Shown here piece by piece: positions 62,386-64,000 of a stretch of DNA of 64,000 nt (positions within the stretch are counted from its first letter, which is position 1; every line of letters starts with the position of its first letter). Both the position numbers and the translations under genes were made by a program. The notes beneath the pieces are model-generated. The model was given only the letters and a program-made list of their open reading frames with translations, did not search any database and was not told the DNA's origin. Source of the stretch: Nanobdellota archaeon. Its GTDB lineage: Archaea; Nanobdellota; Nanobdellia; Pacearchaeales; GW2011-AR1. The stretch is taken from contig JBBSXJ010000001.1 of the NCBI GenBank assembly GCA_038045825.1, positions 6,281 through 70,280 of the forward strand, in the 5' to 3' direction.

Positions 62386-62416
62386 TCAATATTCCCAAGT
62401 AGGGGAGGAATATTGA
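62386..62416 (+). promoter_or_regulatory. perfect 10-bp hairpin overlapping the rrp42 Shine-Dalgarno region
   Basis: tcaatattcc (62386-62395) pairs with ggaatattga (62407-62416) across an 11-nt loop. GGAGG (62404-62408) is partly in the 3' arm. The ATG is at 62418. Confidence 0.4.
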
Positions 62417-62417
62417 C

Positions 62418-63239
62418 ATGAGCGCAATGAATTTATCTAATTTGACTTATAATACTTTAAGCAAGATGTTTGTTGCTGGAAAGAGATTTGATGGTCGTAA
62501 ACTTTTAGAGCAGAGAGATTTCACAGTGGAATATGATGTTTCTTACAAAGCTGAGGGAAGCGCTAGAGTTAAACTAGGAAAAACAGAAGTTGTTGTAGGA
62601 GTTAAAATGGAAGTTGGGACTCCTTACCCTGATTCTATGGACAAAGGAAACTTGATGGTTTCTGGAGATTTATTGCCTCTAGCATCACCTAGATTTGAAT
62701 CTGGACCTCCTAAGTTCAATGCTATTGAATTACCAAGATTAATTGATAGAATGGTAAGAGAATCTCATATGATTGATTTAAGCAAATTGGTAATAACTGA
62801 AGGAGAGAAAGTTTGGGTAGTGATTATTGATATTTATCCTATAAATGATGATGGAGCATTGATTGATGCCGCAAGTATTGCTACAATAGCTGCTTTACAG
62901 CAGGTACGTATCCCTGAATTGAATAAAGATTTAAAGATAGATCATGATAAAAAAGGAACAAAGAAATTGCCTTTGGTTGATTCAATATTGCCTTTGTCAT
63001 TTACATTCTACAAGCTTGCAGATTCATTATTCATTGATCCAACAAGAGAAGAAGAAGAAGCAGCTGATGGAAAGATTGTGTTGGGCATATCACATTACAA
63101 AGGAAAAGAACATATGATACACTCTGCTCAAAAAGGAATGGAAGCTCATTTATCAACTGAAGATATAACTGAAATGATGAAAACTCTTCCAAAACTGTAT
63201 GACGATACACTTAAAAAGCTTAAAAAGTTTCTGAAGTAA
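62418..63239 (+). CDS. rrp42: exosome complex subunit Rrp42 (RNase PH-like)
   Basis: 'GKRFDGRKLLEQRDFTVEYDVSYKAEGSARVKLGKTEVVVGVK'. Confidence 0.9.
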   Translation: MSAMNLSNLTYNTLSKMFVAGKRFDGRKLLEQRDFTVEYDVSYKAEGSARVKLGKTEVVVGVKMEVGTPYPDSMDKGNLMVSGDLLPLASPRFESGPPKFNAIELPRLIDRMVRESHMIDLSKLVITEGEKVWVVIIDIYPINDDGALIDAASIATIAALQQVRIPELNKDLKIDHDKKGTKKLPLVDSILPLSFTFYKLADSLFIDPTREEEEAADGKIVLGISHYKGKEHMIHSAQKGMEAHLSTEDITEMMKTLPKLYDDTLKKLKKFLK

Positions 63240-63240
63240 C

Positions 63241-63627
63241 ATGGTTGAAGTACATGAGGGTTTTACTAGATTTGAAATAGCACGTATATTGGGTGCTAGA
63301 GCTTTGCAAATTTCTATGGACGCTCCACTTTTAATGGCTATTTCTGACGAAGAATTGACAGCTATGCACTTTGATGCTTTGAAAATTGCTACGAAGGAAT
63401 TTAGAGCAGGAGTTTTACCTATATCTGTAAGAAGACCTATGCCTCTAAAGACAGGAGCTAAACTACATCCTGTCCGTGATGACTCTGTTGATGATGAAAA
63501 GATAGTTGAGAAGGAGAAAGAAGTTGAAAAAGAAATAGTTGAGAAAGCTGAGGAAATGGGCCTTGTTAATGAAGGTGATACAGAAGATGCAATTATTGAA
63601 GATTCTTCTGGTGGGTCTGAAGAATAA
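63241..63627 (+). CDS. rpoK: DNA-directed RNA polymerase subunit K/Rpo6 with acidic C-terminal extension
   Basis: 'TRFEIARILGARALQISMDAPLL' is the RpoK/omega core. It is followed by a ~60-aa D/E-rich tail. Confidence 0.85.
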   Translation: MVEVHEGFTRFEIARILGARALQISMDAPLLMAISDEELTAMHFDALKIATKEFRAGVLPISVRRPMPLKTGAKLHPVRDDSVDDEKIVEKEKEVEKEIVEKAEEMGLVNEGDTEDAIIEDSSGGSEE

Positions 63628-63653
63628 AACTATATTAGATAGCATTGATGCAA

Positions 63654-63971
63654 TTAATATTTTAGATTACCAAAGAGCCATTCATATTGATTTTTAAACT
63701 GTAAATAAGCAGTATCAAATCTATATTGATCTGATCTTGACAGTTGGGTTGTTTCCTTAAAGTTTTTTACATTATCTAGATATCTCATAAAAGATTTCTT
63801 AAATTCTCTTAATTCTTCTTCATCTACTGGGTTTACCCTAAGTTCTTGAATTATTCTAGTGCTGTCCTCCAGCCCATTAACATATTCAATTAATCTGCTT
63901 TTTGTTGATCTTTCTATTCTTCTCTTCTTATTCTCTGCAAATATCTTTCTGAATTTTTCTAGTAAACTCAT
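63654..63971 (-). CDS. hypothetical protein
   Basis: A 105-aa ORF with no recognised motif. Confidence 0.45.
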   Translation of the reverse strand: MSLLEKFRKIFAENKKRRIERSTKSRLIEYVNGLEDSTRIIQELRVNPVDEEELREFKKSFMRYLDNVKNFKETTQLSRSDQYRFDTAYLQFKNQYEWLFGNLKY

Positions 63972-64000
63972 ATTTTTGAATTCAATACTATAGTTTAATA

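Noticed and set aside
1-64000. CRISPR arrays, rRNA genes, tRNA genes, transposase or integrase genes
   Set aside because: - I found no regularly spaced direct repeats.
- I found no rRNA-like GC-rich blocks other than the SRP RNA.
- I found no cloverleaf candidates.
- I found no ORF with recombinase or transposase motifs by eye.

An automated scan with tRNAscan-SE, Infernal and ISEScan would be needed to be certain.

Overview
AT-rich archaeal chromosome segment. The gene content and many shortened core proteins suggest a DPANN-type archaeon, but that is inference.

Core content:
- argS, cut at the 5' end by the window edge, and an SRP (7S) RNA.
- A type IV pilus-like locus with at least 7 class III signal-peptide pilin-like genes, a FlaI/PilB-type ATPase, and a FlaJ/TadC-type platform split into two genes.
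- Archease plus an intein-containing RtcB.
- Two giant Cys-rich PKD surface proteins, translationally coupled to a small GTPase / DUF2073-like / Zn-ribbon trio.
- CCA-adding enzyme, TrmB regulator, presenilin homologue, intein-containing aCPSF1, proteasome beta, Rad50-Mre11, aRNase J and Mtq2/PrmC.
- The archaeal exosome superoperon: Pop5-psmA-SBDS ... Rrp4-Rrp41-Rrp42-RpoK.

Accessory content:
- Many toxin-antitoxin modules: MNT/HEPN, Doc, RHH/PIN, RelE and DUF2283.
- A surface-glycosylation cluster with GT-C, GT4 x2, GT2 and a flippase.

Most notable observations:
1. Two integrase-less gene cassettes at 8891-11490 are bounded by three direct copies of the GC-rich 12-mer cggcccgcgcat and sit inside the pilus locus. 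One carries a frameshifted bacterial-type outer-membrane beta-barrel-like gene. The other carries an MNT/HEPN pair. An ArmA/Rmt-like 16S rRNA methyltransferase gene lies immediately beside them.
2. A hairpin-rich miniature repeat element has three copies of 69, 78 and 173 bp. One copy splits a RelE toxin gene, and removing exactly those 78 bp restores the ORF. Another is an in-frame insertion in the leader of a prepilin.
3. LAGLIDADG inteins sit at catalytic motifs of aCPSF1 (HxHxDH) and RtcB.
4. A ~16.4 kb accessory island splits the exosome superoperon between SBDS and Rrp4.

I recognised no CRISPR array, rRNA or tRNA.
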